Assembly (NCBI GenBank): GCA_036395715.1 | Contig: DASWDB010000020.1 | Location: 1 to 42,117 of the forward strand | Direction of reading: 5' to 3' | Source: Actinomycetota bacterium | GTDB lineage: Bacteria > Actinomycetota > UBA4738 > HRBIN12 | DNA: 42,117 bases | Shown here: in pieces, positions 24,935 to 32,076 of the stretch | Numbering within the stretch: the first letter of the stretch is position 1 | How the letters are laid out: each line of letters starts with the position of its first letter | The notes under the pieces: generated by a model | The model's database searches: none | What the model saw: the letters and a program-made list of their open reading frames with translations, nothing else | Told to the model about the DNA's origin: nothing | Made by a program: the position numbers and the translations under genes

Positions 24935-25618
24935 TCAGGCGGATTCGCCGATCCAGCGGTACCCGACGCCCGGTTCGGTGACGATCAGCCCGGGTGAGGA
25001 CGCGTCGTCGCCCAGCTTCTTGCGGAGCGCGCGGATGTACGTGCGGAGGTAGGTCGTCTCCGTCCCATAGCCCTGCCCCCAGACCCGGCGGAGGAGCCAC
25101 TGGTGGGTGAGGAGCTTCCCGGGGTTGGAAACGAGCGCCTCCAATAAGGAGTACTCGGTGGGGGTCACGTGCAGCTGCTCCCCGTCCAGGGTGACCAGCC
25201 GACGGGCGAGATCGATCTCGAGCCCACCGTAGCGGAGCGTCGGCTGGGGCGGTTCGTCCGGGCCCGCGCGGCGGAGCGCCGCGCGGGCCCTCGCGAGCAG
25301 CTCCTCCATGGCGAACGGCTTCGTCACGTAGTCGTCGGCGCCGGCATCGAGCGCCGCGACCTTGTCCGACTGGGCCTCGCGGACCGACAGGATGATCACC
25401 GGGACGTCGGAGAACCCGCGGACCCTCCGGATCACCTCGGTGCCGTCCATGTCGGGGAGCCCGAGGTCCAGCAGCACGAGGTCGGGCTGCTGGTCGGCCG
25501 AGGCGACCACCCCCTCCTCCCCGGTTCCGACCGTCGCGACCTCGTAGCCGTGCGCCTCGAGGCTCGTCCGGAGCGCGCGCCGGATCTGCGGTTCGTCGTC
25601 GACGACCAACACCTTCAC
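24935..25618 (-). CDS. OmpR/KdpE-like response regulator 1
   Basis: GTG start overlapping the kinase stop (GTGA, 25615-25618). REC: VLVVDDEPQI, LDLGLPDMDG, ALDAGADDYVTKPF. Winged helix: LTPTEYSLLEAL, YLRTYIRALRKKL, TEPGVGYR. Confidence 0.9.
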   Translation of the reverse strand: MKVLVVDDEPQIRRALRTSLEAHGYEVATVGTGEEGVVASADQQPDLVLLDLGLPDMDGTEVIRRVRGFSDVPVIILSVREAQSDKVAALDAGADDYVTKPFAMEELLARARAALRRAGPDEPPQPTLRYGGLEIDLARRLVTLDGEQLHVTPTEYSLLEALVSNPGKLLTHQWLLRRVWGQGYGTETTYLRTYIRALRKKLGDDASSPGLIVTEPGVGYRWIGESA

Positions 25619-27051
25619 AGCACCGCCTCCTCGGTCGGGACGTCAACCACCATCGCCGTCCCGCCTCCCGTCGTCTCCTCGACCCGGATGCGCCCGCCAT
25701 GGGCCGTGACGATGGCGCGCGCGATCGCGAGGCCGAGGCCGCTGCCCGAGGACTCCGGGCTCTCGCGGCCCCGGTAGAAGGCTTCGAACACCTTCTCACG
25801 CTCCTCGGGCTTGATGCCCGGACCCTCGTCGGCGACGCGGACGCGGACCGCGCCGCGCGTCTCGGCGACGTGGATCCGGATCGTTCCGCCGCGCGGCGAA
25901 TGCCGCGCCGCGTTCTCCAGCAGGTTCGTCAGCACCTGGTCGAGCTGCACCGGATCCGCGGGGACCTCGGGGAGGTCGGGCGCCAGCTGCAGCTCGACCG
26001 CGAAGTCGGCGAGCAACGGACGCATCCGCGCCACGACCGCTTCCGCAACCTCGTCGACCGCCGTCGGCACGCGCTTCGGGATCAGCGCGCCCGCTCGGAT
26101 CCTCGCGAGATCGAGGATGTTCCCGACCAATCGATTCAGTCGGTCGGTCTCCTCGAGGATCGTCGTGAGCAGTTCGCGCTGCTGGGACGCGTCGTGCGTC
26201 GCGCTCACGTCCAGCAGGCTCGTCACCCCCGCCTTGATCGATGCGAGCGGGGTCCGCAGATCGTGGGTGACCGACGAGAACATCGCGGCGCGCAGCTGGT
26301 TCGTCTCGGCATCCAATTGCGCGAGCCGCGCTCGAGCGTCCAACCGCGCTCGGTCCAACGCGACCGCCGCCTGTCGCGTCGCGGCCTCCAGGAGCAGCCG
26401 CTCGTCGCGCGTGAACGGGCGTCTGCCCTCCGGCCGTTCCGCGATCAACGTCCCGAGCGGGATGTTCGACACGACGACGGGGATCACCTCGGTCGGTCCC
26501 CCTCGGGGCACACCCGGACGGACGGCCCTCGCCTCGATGTCCTGGCCGTCGAGGGTCACGGACACCTGGCACGACGCGAGTCCGAACGGCTCCAGGAGAA
26601 CCTGCACGAACTCGTCGAGCACCCGGTCGGGGACGTCTCCGGACAGGAGCTTCGCCGACAGGAAGGCGAGCAGCCGCGCCTCGCGCTCCCGACGGCCCGC
26701 CCGGTCGCGCTCATCCGCCGCGTTGCCGACCACGAGGCCGACGACGACGGCGATGGCCAGGAACACGACCGCGGCGATCAGATCCCGCAGCTGATCGAAG
26801 CGGAGCACGCGATCCGGGGATTCCACGATCGGCAGGGCGATCGAAGCGAGCACCGCCGCCACGACCCCCGCCCACAACCCGCCGCTCACTGCCGCGACCG
26901 TCACCGCGAGGATGAAGATCGCGACGCCGGCGCCCTGGAGCTGGGACGTGAGCAGCGCGAGCACCGCTCCGGCCATGGTGGCGAGCAGCCCGATGCCGAT
27001 CGCACGCAGCGTCAACCGGGCGAGACGACCGCGAGGACCCTCGACCACCAC
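25615..27051 (-). CDS. KdpD-type sensor kinase lacking the N-terminal KdpD/Usp module (DUF4118-like TM + GAF-like + HisKA + HATPase)
   Basis: 478 aa. The TM bundle resembles the KdpD membrane domain. H-box FSSVTHDLRTPLASI, N-box LTNLLENAARHS, G1 DEGPGI, G2 GSGLGLAIA. GTG start, uncertain by a few codons. Confidence 0.82.
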   Translation of the reverse strand: MVVEGPRGRLARLTLRAIGIGLLATMAGAVLALLTSQLQGAGVAIFILAVTVAAVSGGLWAGVVAAVLASIALPIVESPDRVLRFDQLRDLIAAVVFLAIAVVVGLVVGNAADERDRAGRREREARLLAFLSAKLLSGDVPDRVLDEFVQVLLEPFGLASCQVSVTLDGQDIEARAVRPGVPRGGPTEVIPVVVSNIPLGTLIAERPEGRRPFTRDERLLLEAATRQAAVALDRARLDARARLAQLDAETNQLRAAMFSSVTHDLRTPLASIKAGVTSLLDVSATHDASQQRELLTTILEETDRLNRLVGNILDLARIRAGALIPKRVPTAVDEVAEAVVARMRPLLADFAVELQLAPDLPEVPADPVQLDQVLTNLLENAARHSPRGGTIRIHVAETRGAVRVRVADEGPGIKPEEREKVFEAFYRGRESPESSGSGLGLAIARAIVTAHGGRIRVEETTGGGTAMVVDVPTEEAVL

Positions 27052-27081
27052 GGGCGAACGCTACCGCCCACGCGGTGGCCG

Positions 27082-27147
27082 TTCACGCCTACGGGGCATT
27101 CACGACATCTTCACGCCACCGGCGGCTTCCTTCACGCCCCGCTCACG
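27082..27147 (+). promoter_or_regulatory. Array of TTCACG hexamers with 11/21-bp phasing (candidate OmpR-family regulator binding sites)
   Basis: TTCACG at 27082, 27099, 27110 and 27131, and CTCACG at 27142. Start-to-start spacings are 17, 11, 21 and 11 bp. Three copies extend to TTCACGCC. The array lies 31-96 nt upstream of the short kinase start, in the divergent region shared with trkA. Confidence 0.45.
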
Positions 27148-27272
27148 TCCGATGCCGGAGCCTACTCATCGGAAAGAGGTTTTCTGCCGGGTGGGTCGCG
27201 TGGCCGTCACCCCTAGGCGATTCGCCGGGCAGGATGGGTACATCCACCACTTTCCTCCGAGCCCGTCTTCGG

Positions 27273-27300
27273 GGCCGGCAGCTCCCTCCAGCTGCCGGCC
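27273..27300 (+). other. Strong GC stem-loop in the long trkA upstream region
   Basis: GGCCGGCAGCT / AGCTGCCGGCC form an 11-bp perfect stem (27273-27283 and 27290-27300) with loop CCCTCC. A smaller hairpin, CCCG TCTT CGGG, lies just upstream. No U-tract follows. Confidence 0.4.
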
Positions 27301-27391
27301 TCAAGACATTTCTGGGGTGGTACGCGACGACCACTCTCGCCCGAACGGGCGTCATGTCATCGATGGTGCCCCGCAGTACCCTTCTGCCTCG

Positions 27392-28054
27392 ATGCGCGTC
27401 CTGATCATGGGTTGCGGGCGGGTCGGATCCGAGCTTTCGCACGCGTTGCTCGAAGGCGGCCACGATGTGACCGTCATCGACAAGAACCCGGAAGCGTTCT
27501 GGCGATACCCACCCGGCGAGGGCGCCCGGCAGATGGTCGGGCTGGGGTTCGATCGTGAGCTCCTCGAGGAAGCCGGGATCAAGGACGCCGACGCGTTCAT
27601 CGCCGTTTCCTCCGGAGACAATTCGAACATCGTCTCGGCACGGGTGGCGCTCGAGCACTTCCACGTGCCCAAGGTGATCGCCCGGATCTACGATCCTCGG
27701 CGCGCCGAGATCTATGGGCGGCTCAACATCCCGACGGTCGCGACCACGACCTGGGGCATCAAGCAGATCCAGCTGATGCTGCTGCACGACCGAGAGGAGA
27801 TCCGCGAGAGCCTCGGCGGCGGCGACATCCTCCGTGTGCGGGTCCCGGTCCCCGCCCACCTGATCGGCAAGCCGGCCAACATCCTCAACGTCGAGGGCAA
27901 GATCCTGGTCGCGGGGGTCTCACGTGGCGGCACGGGCTTCCTCCCGACACCCGACAGCACGCTGCAGGCCGGCGATTACCTCGTCGTGATGATGGTCAAG
28001 GACGGTCTGGAGATGCTCGACCAGCAGCTCGAGCCCGCATCGGAGCACCACTGA
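27392..28054 (+). CDS. trkA: TrkA/RCK-type K+ transport regulatory protein 1 (CeoB-like)
   Basis: Start chosen at ATG 27392 (MRVLIMGCGRVGS...), the canonical TrkA N-terminus with a GxGxxG Rossmann motif. The upstream part of the track ORF from 26912 is non-coding-like. A TrkA_C-like C-terminal half is present. The stop overlaps the next start (TGATG at 28052-28056). Confidence 0.88.
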   Translation: MRVLIMGCGRVGSELSHALLEGGHDVTVIDKNPEAFWRYPPGEGARQMVGLGFDRELLEEAGIKDADAFIAVSSGDNSNIVSARVALEHFHVPKVIARIYDPRRAEIYGRLNIPTVATTTWGIKQIQLMLLHDREEIRESLGGGDILRVRVPVPAHLIGKPANILNVEGKILVAGVSRGGTGFLPTPDSTLQAGDYLVVMMVKDGLEMLDQQLEPASEHH

Positions 28055-28719
28055 TGCGGGTGGTGGTCACCGGGGGCGGCGCGATCGGCCGGCACCTCTC
28101 GGCCGATCTGGTGGAGCGCGGACACGACGTGACCCTGATCGAGCAGCATCGTTCCGTCGTCGACCGGCTCCGCGAAGAGATCCCCGACGTGAAGGTGATG
28201 TTCGGCGACGCATGTGAGCCTCGCATCCTCGACGAGGCCCACCTCTCCGACGCCGACGTCGTCGTCGCGGCCACCGGCGACGACGAGGACAACCTGGTCA
28301 CATCGTTGCTGGCGAAGCAGGAGTTCGCCGTGCCCCGCGTGCTCGCCCGCGTGAACCATCCCGGCAACGAGTGGTTGTTCAACGAGCAGTGGGGCGTCGA
28401 TCAGGCGGTCTCGCCGCCACACATGCTCACGGCGATGGTCGAAGAGGCCGTGACCACTGGCGACCTGGTCCGCTTGCTGCGGCTGGAGGGTGGACGCGCC
28501 TCGATCGTCGAGACCAAGCTCACGACGGTCTCGCCGGCGACGGGCAGGGCGCTCTACGAGCTCCGGCTCCCGCCCGACTCCACGATCGTGGCGATCCTCC
28601 GCGAGGGTCACGTGGTGATCCCGCAGCCGGAGACGGTCCTCGCAGCCGGGGACGAGCTCGTCGCGCTCGCCGCGCCCGAATCGGAGCTGACGCTCCGCGA
28701 AGCGATCGTCGGCGACTGA
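28054..28719 (+). CDS. trkA: TrkA/RCK-type K+ transport regulatory protein 2 (CeoC-like)
   Basis: MRVVVTGGGAIGRHLSADLVERGHDVTLIE Rossmann motif, ATGDDEDNL, and a TrkA_C-like C-terminus. 221 aa. Confidence 0.88.
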   Translation: MRVVVTGGGAIGRHLSADLVERGHDVTLIEQHRSVVDRLREEIPDVKVMFGDACEPRILDEAHLSDADVVVAATGDDEDNLVTSLLAKQEFAVPRVLARVNHPGNEWLFNEQWGVDQAVSPPHMLTAMVEEAVTTGDLVRLLRLEGGRASIVETKLTTVSPATGRALYELRLPPDSTIVAILREGHVVIPQPETVLAAGDELVALAAPESELTLREAIVGD

Positions 28720-28770
28720 CGGGGCTCAGCTGTCGGGAGTCGTCGGCCGTCAGGGCTCGGTCGTCGGCGA

Positions 28771-29457
28771 TCATCCGCCCGGCTCGAACCGGTAGCCCAT
28801 CCCGGGCTCGGTGATGAAGAAACGGGGGCGTGCCGGCTCCGGCTCGAGCTTCCGTCGGATCTGCGCCATGTACACGCGGAGGTAGTTCGTCTCCTCCTCG
28901 TACCGCGGACCCCAGACCTCCTGGAGGAGCTGGCGCTGACCAACCAGCTTCCCCGGATGCCGAACCAGGATCTCGACGAGGTGCCACTCGGTCGGCGTGA
29001 GACGGATCGCCGTCTCGTCGGCCGCGACCACCTTCTTCGCGGTGAGGTCGACGGTGAACGCCGGCGTGCGAACCACCGCTTCCTCGGCGTCGGGCGAGAC
29101 CGCCCGGCGTTCGGACGCTCGCACCCGGGCGAGCAGCTCACCCATCCCGAACGGCTTCGTGACGTAGTCGTCCGCCCCGGCATCAAGCGCGTCGACTTTC
29201 TCGGATTCCTGCTCCCGCGCCGACAGCACGATGATCGGAACAGCCGTCCAGGTCCGCAGGCCCCGGATCACGTCGACACCGTCGATCCCGGGCAGCCCGA
29301 GGTCGACGATGACGACGTCGGGCCGATGGCGAGCCGCCAGATCCAGGGCCGCCTCACCGTCCGGCGCCGTATCCACGACGTAGCCCCGAGCGACCAGGTT
29401 GGTCCGGAGTCCACGGAGGATCTGTGGCTCATCGTCGACGACGAGGACCCTCGTCAT
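28771..29457 (-). CDS. kdpE: KdpE-like OmpR-family response regulator 2
   Basis: ATG overlaps the kdpD stop (ATGA, 29454-29457). VLVVDDEPQILRGL, VDLGLPGIDG, LSAREQESEKVDALDAGADDYVTKPF, LTPTEWHLVEIL, YLRVYMAQIRRKLE, TEPGMGYR. Confidence 0.9.
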   Translation of the reverse strand: MTRVLVVDDEPQILRGLRTNLVARGYVVDTAPDGEAALDLAARHRPDVVIVDLGLPGIDGVDVIRGLRTWTAVPIIVLSAREQESEKVDALDAGADDYVTKPFGMGELLARVRASERRAVSPDAEEAVVRTPAFTVDLTAKKVVAADETAIRLTPTEWHLVEILVRHPGKLVGQRQLLQEVWGPRYEEETNYLRVYMAQIRRKLEPEPARPRFFITEPGMGYRFEPGG

Positions 29458-31964
29458 GTCGACGCCGCCCGGAAGGCGAGCACCATCGTGAGCCCGCCAC
29501 CGGGCGTGTCTTCGACCGAGAGCTCACCGTCCATCGCCTCGACGAAGCCCTTCGCCACGGCGAGCCCGAGCCCGATCCCGTCGCGGCTCGTGCCGTCGCC
29601 CAGCCGCTGGAAGGGACGGAACATCCGCTCGCGGTCCTGTGGCCCGACGCCGGGCCCGCGGTCGATCACCCGCAGCTCCACGCGGCCGCCAGCCGCGGAG
29701 CCATGGATCCGCACAGGGCGATCGGGCGGCGCCACCCCCGACGCGTTGCCCACGATGTTCGCGATCGCCCGCTCGAGCAGACCGGGATCCACGTCGATCC
29801 GTGGGAGCGTCTCCGGCACCTCGACGAACAACCCGCGCCCACCGTCCGGGAGACTGGCGAGCGCCTTCGGCACCACCTCGTCGAAGCCGACGACGTCACG
29901 CACCAGCTTGAGGGCCCCGGCCTGCAGGCGGCTCATGTCGAGGAGGTTCGCGACGAGGCCCGTGAGACGGTCGGTCTCCTCCTCGATCGTGCCCAGGAAG
30001 AGCCCCGTCTCCTCGGGCGACCACGCAACATCGTCGTCACGGAGGCTCGAGACCGACGCCTTGATCGACGCGAGCGGGGTTCGCAGGTCGTGTGACACGG
30101 CCGCGAGGATCGCGGTGCGGAGCGCGTCCGCCTCCGCCCTCGTCGCGGACTCCGCGGCCTCCCGAGCGAGCTCCCGGCCGCGGACGGCGAGCCCGAGTTG
30201 CCCGGCGAACACGGAAAGGAGCTGCAGCCGATCGGCCGGGAGCGGGTTCCCACGGAGCGCGAGGACGGTGTCGTTCCCGAGCTGCACGACCTGCCCGGCC
30301 TCCTCCGGATCGTCCGGAGGGCCGGCACCCGCGGTCGCCTCTCGCGCCCACGTGCCCTCGTGACCGGCGCCGTCGCCGTTCTCCCGGCGACGGAGCACCG
30401 AGACCGCCTCGGCGCCGAACGTCGTCCGTGCGTACTCCACGAGCTCGGGCAGGGGGTCGCCCTCGGCGGCCACCCGCGCGGTCAGGCGGGCGAGCGCCTC
30501 CGCTTCGGCCCCCCGCCGCTGCGCTTCCGCCCGATGCCTCGCCTCGCGGTCGACGAGGACGCTCACGCTCCCCGCGACGACGACGAACACGATGAGGGCA
30601 ACCACGTCCTCGGGGTTGGCAACCTTCCAGGTGTGGACTGGCGGTGTGAAGAACCAGTTGATCAGCAGGGCGGACACCACCGCCGCCGGGATCGCCGGTC
30701 GTAGACCGCCACCGAACGCGATCCCGATGACGACCGTCAGGTACAGGAGCATGATCGTGGACAGCGCCATCTGTCGGTCGAGCGCGGCGACGGCGGTCGT
30801 CAGGCAGATCAGGACGATCGCGCCGGCGACACCCGCGATCAGTTGACGATCGCTCGAGAGGCCGGTCGCGACGCGGCCCGTCACGCGGACGCGCTGCGGG
30901 GCCGCTTCCTGCGAGATGACGTGGACGTCGATCGGGCCCGAGCCGCGGATCACGTCGAGGACGACGGAGCCCCCGAGCAACCCCCGGAACCGCGAGCGAT
31001 GGTCGGCTCCGACCACCACCTGCGTGATCCCCTCGGCCCGCGCCATGTCCAAGATCGCCTCCGGAACCCCCGCCCCCACGACCTCCTCGAACCGGCCACC
31101 GACCTGCCGCACGAGCTCGCGGATCGCCTCGAGGTGCGGCGCGTCGTCCCGGCCCCGACCCGGGATGACGTGGACGGCGATCAGATCGCCGCCGCGTCGC
31201 GCGGCCATCCGCGCGGCGCGGCGGACGACGGGCTCGTCCTCCGGACGACCCCGCACCGCAACGAGGATGCGCTCGCGCGCCTTCCCCGGCTCGGATCCCC
31301 GAGCCGGGGACGGCCCCGCCCGGAGCTCCTCGTCCACCCGGTCGGCCATCCACACGAGCGACAGCTCGCGCAGACGTGCGAGGTTCTCGGCACGGAACGT
31401 CCGCGCCAACGCGGCGTCCATCCGTTCGGGCGGGAAGACGTTCCCGTGCGCCAGCCGGCGCTGGAGCGCCTGTGGCGTCATGTCGACGAGCTCCAGCTGG
31501 TCCGCGCCCCGAACGAGGGCGTCGGGGACGGTGTCCGCCGGCGCCTCGCCCGTGATCCCCTCGATCACGTCGTGCAGCGACTCGAGGTGATGGATGTTGA
31601 CCGTCGAGATCACGTCGATGCCGCCGGCGAGCAGCTCCTCGACGTCCTGCCAACGGTGCGCGTTGCGCGACCCGACGGCGTTCGCGTGCGCGAGCTCGTC
31701 GACCACGGCGACCTCAGCACGGCGGGTCAACACGGCGTCGACGTCCATCTCCTCGGTCGCGCTTCCATCGAGACCGACGCGTCGCGGGACCACCTCCAGG
31801 TCGCGGGTCAGGGCGGCGATCTCCTGTCGGCCGTGCGTCTCGACGAAGGCGAGCACGACGTCGGTACCGCGCCCGCGGCGGCGCCGAGCTTCGTCGAGCA
31901 TCGCGTAGGTCTTGCCGACGCCCGGCGCGTACCCAACGTAGATCCTCAGCCGTCCGGGCTCCAT
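29454..31964 (-). CDS. kdpD: Full-length KdpD-type sensor kinase (KdpD N-domain + Usp + TM + GAF-like + HisKA + HATPase)
   Basis: Start chosen at ATG 31964 (MEPGRLRIYVGYAPGVGKTYAML...), the typical KdpD N-terminal P-loop; the track ORF starts at 32078. A Usp-like block ERILVAVRGRPEDEPVVRRAARMA is followed by 4 TM helices. H-box AVSHDLRTPLASI, N-box IANIVGNAS, G1 DRGPGV, G2 GIGLGLAVA. Confidence 0.88.
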   Translation of the reverse strand: MEPGRLRIYVGYAPGVGKTYAMLDEARRRRGRGTDVVLAFVETHGRQEIAALTRDLEVVPRRVGLDGSATEEMDVDAVLTRRAEVAVVDELAHANAVGSRNAHRWQDVEELLAGGIDVISTVNIHHLESLHDVIEGITGEAPADTVPDALVRGADQLELVDMTPQALQRRLAHGNVFPPERMDAALARTFRAENLARLRELSLVWMADRVDEELRAGPSPARGSEPGKARERILVAVRGRPEDEPVVRRAARMAARRGGDLIAVHVIPGRGRDDAPHLEAIRELVRQVGGRFEEVVGAGVPEAILDMARAEGITQVVVGADHRSRFRGLLGGSVVLDVIRGSGPIDVHVISQEAAPQRVRVTGRVATGLSSDRQLIAGVAGAIVLICLTTAVAALDRQMALSTIMLLYLTVVIGIAFGGGLRPAIPAAVVSALLINWFFTPPVHTWKVANPEDVVALIVFVVVAGSVSVLVDREARHRAEAQRRGAEAEALARLTARVAAEGDPLPELVEYARTTFGAEAVSVLRRRENGDGAGHEGTWAREATAGAGPPDDPEEAGQVVQLGNDTVLALRGNPLPADRLQLLSVFAGQLGLAVRGRELAREAAESATRAEADALRTAILAAVSHDLRTPLASIKASVSSLRDDDVAWSPEETGLFLGTIEEETDRLTGLVANLLDMSRLQAGALKLVRDVVGFDEVVPKALASLPDGGRGLFVEVPETLPRIDVDPGLLERAIANIVGNASGVAPPDRPVRIHGSAAGGRVELRVIDRGPGVGPQDRERMFRPFQRLGDGTSRDGIGLGLAVAKGFVEAMDGELSVEDTPGGGLTMVLAFRAAST

Positions 31965-31983
31965 GCATCGGAGGCTAGCCCCC

Positions 31984-32000
31984 TTGACGCGATCTTGACG
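31984..32000 (+). promoter_or_regulatory. Direct repeat TTGACG-N5-TTGACG (11-bp phasing) in the kdpD / permease B divergent region
   Basis: TTGACG at 31984-31989 and 31995-32000, followed immediately by TCGACG. The repeats lie 20-36 nt upstream of the kdpD ATG and 77-93 nt upstream of the permease B ATG. The hexamer is also -35-like. Confidence 0.4.
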
Positions 32001-32076
32001 TCGACGGGCGATCCCTGGCGGAACCCTGATGCGTCCGCCGCGGGAACCCGCCCGTTCGCTCCCTAGCGTGGGATGC

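Noticed and set aside
27052-27391. c-di-AMP (ydaO/kimA-type) riboswitch upstream of trkA
   Set aside because: It is an attractive idea because such riboswitches control K+ transporters. However, I could not find the conserved GGGGGACCCA / GGGGUGAA / ACCCG-type core elements or the pseudo-two-fold arrangement. A covariance-model scan would be needed to revisit this.
27075-27404. 109-aa ORF in the kinase/trkA intergenic region
   Set aside because: The sequence is Arg/Ser/Thr-rich with no GC3 bias typical of the real genes here, and it runs across the repeat array and the hairpin. It is more likely non-coding.
26912-28054. 380-aa extended TrkA ORF, and the 650-aa extended DUF2254 ORF (37189..39141)
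   Set aside because: The extensions are non-coding-like. TrkA proteins begin directly with the MRVxIxGxGxxG Rossmann strand (ATG 27392), and the DUF2254-like protein has a credible start at ATG 38580.
28716-28770. Bidirectional terminator between trkA-2 and kdpE (CTGACGG ... CCGTCAG inverted repeat)
   Set aside because: It is only a 7-bp stem with a ~24-nt loop and no U-tract, which is too weak to call from sequence alone.
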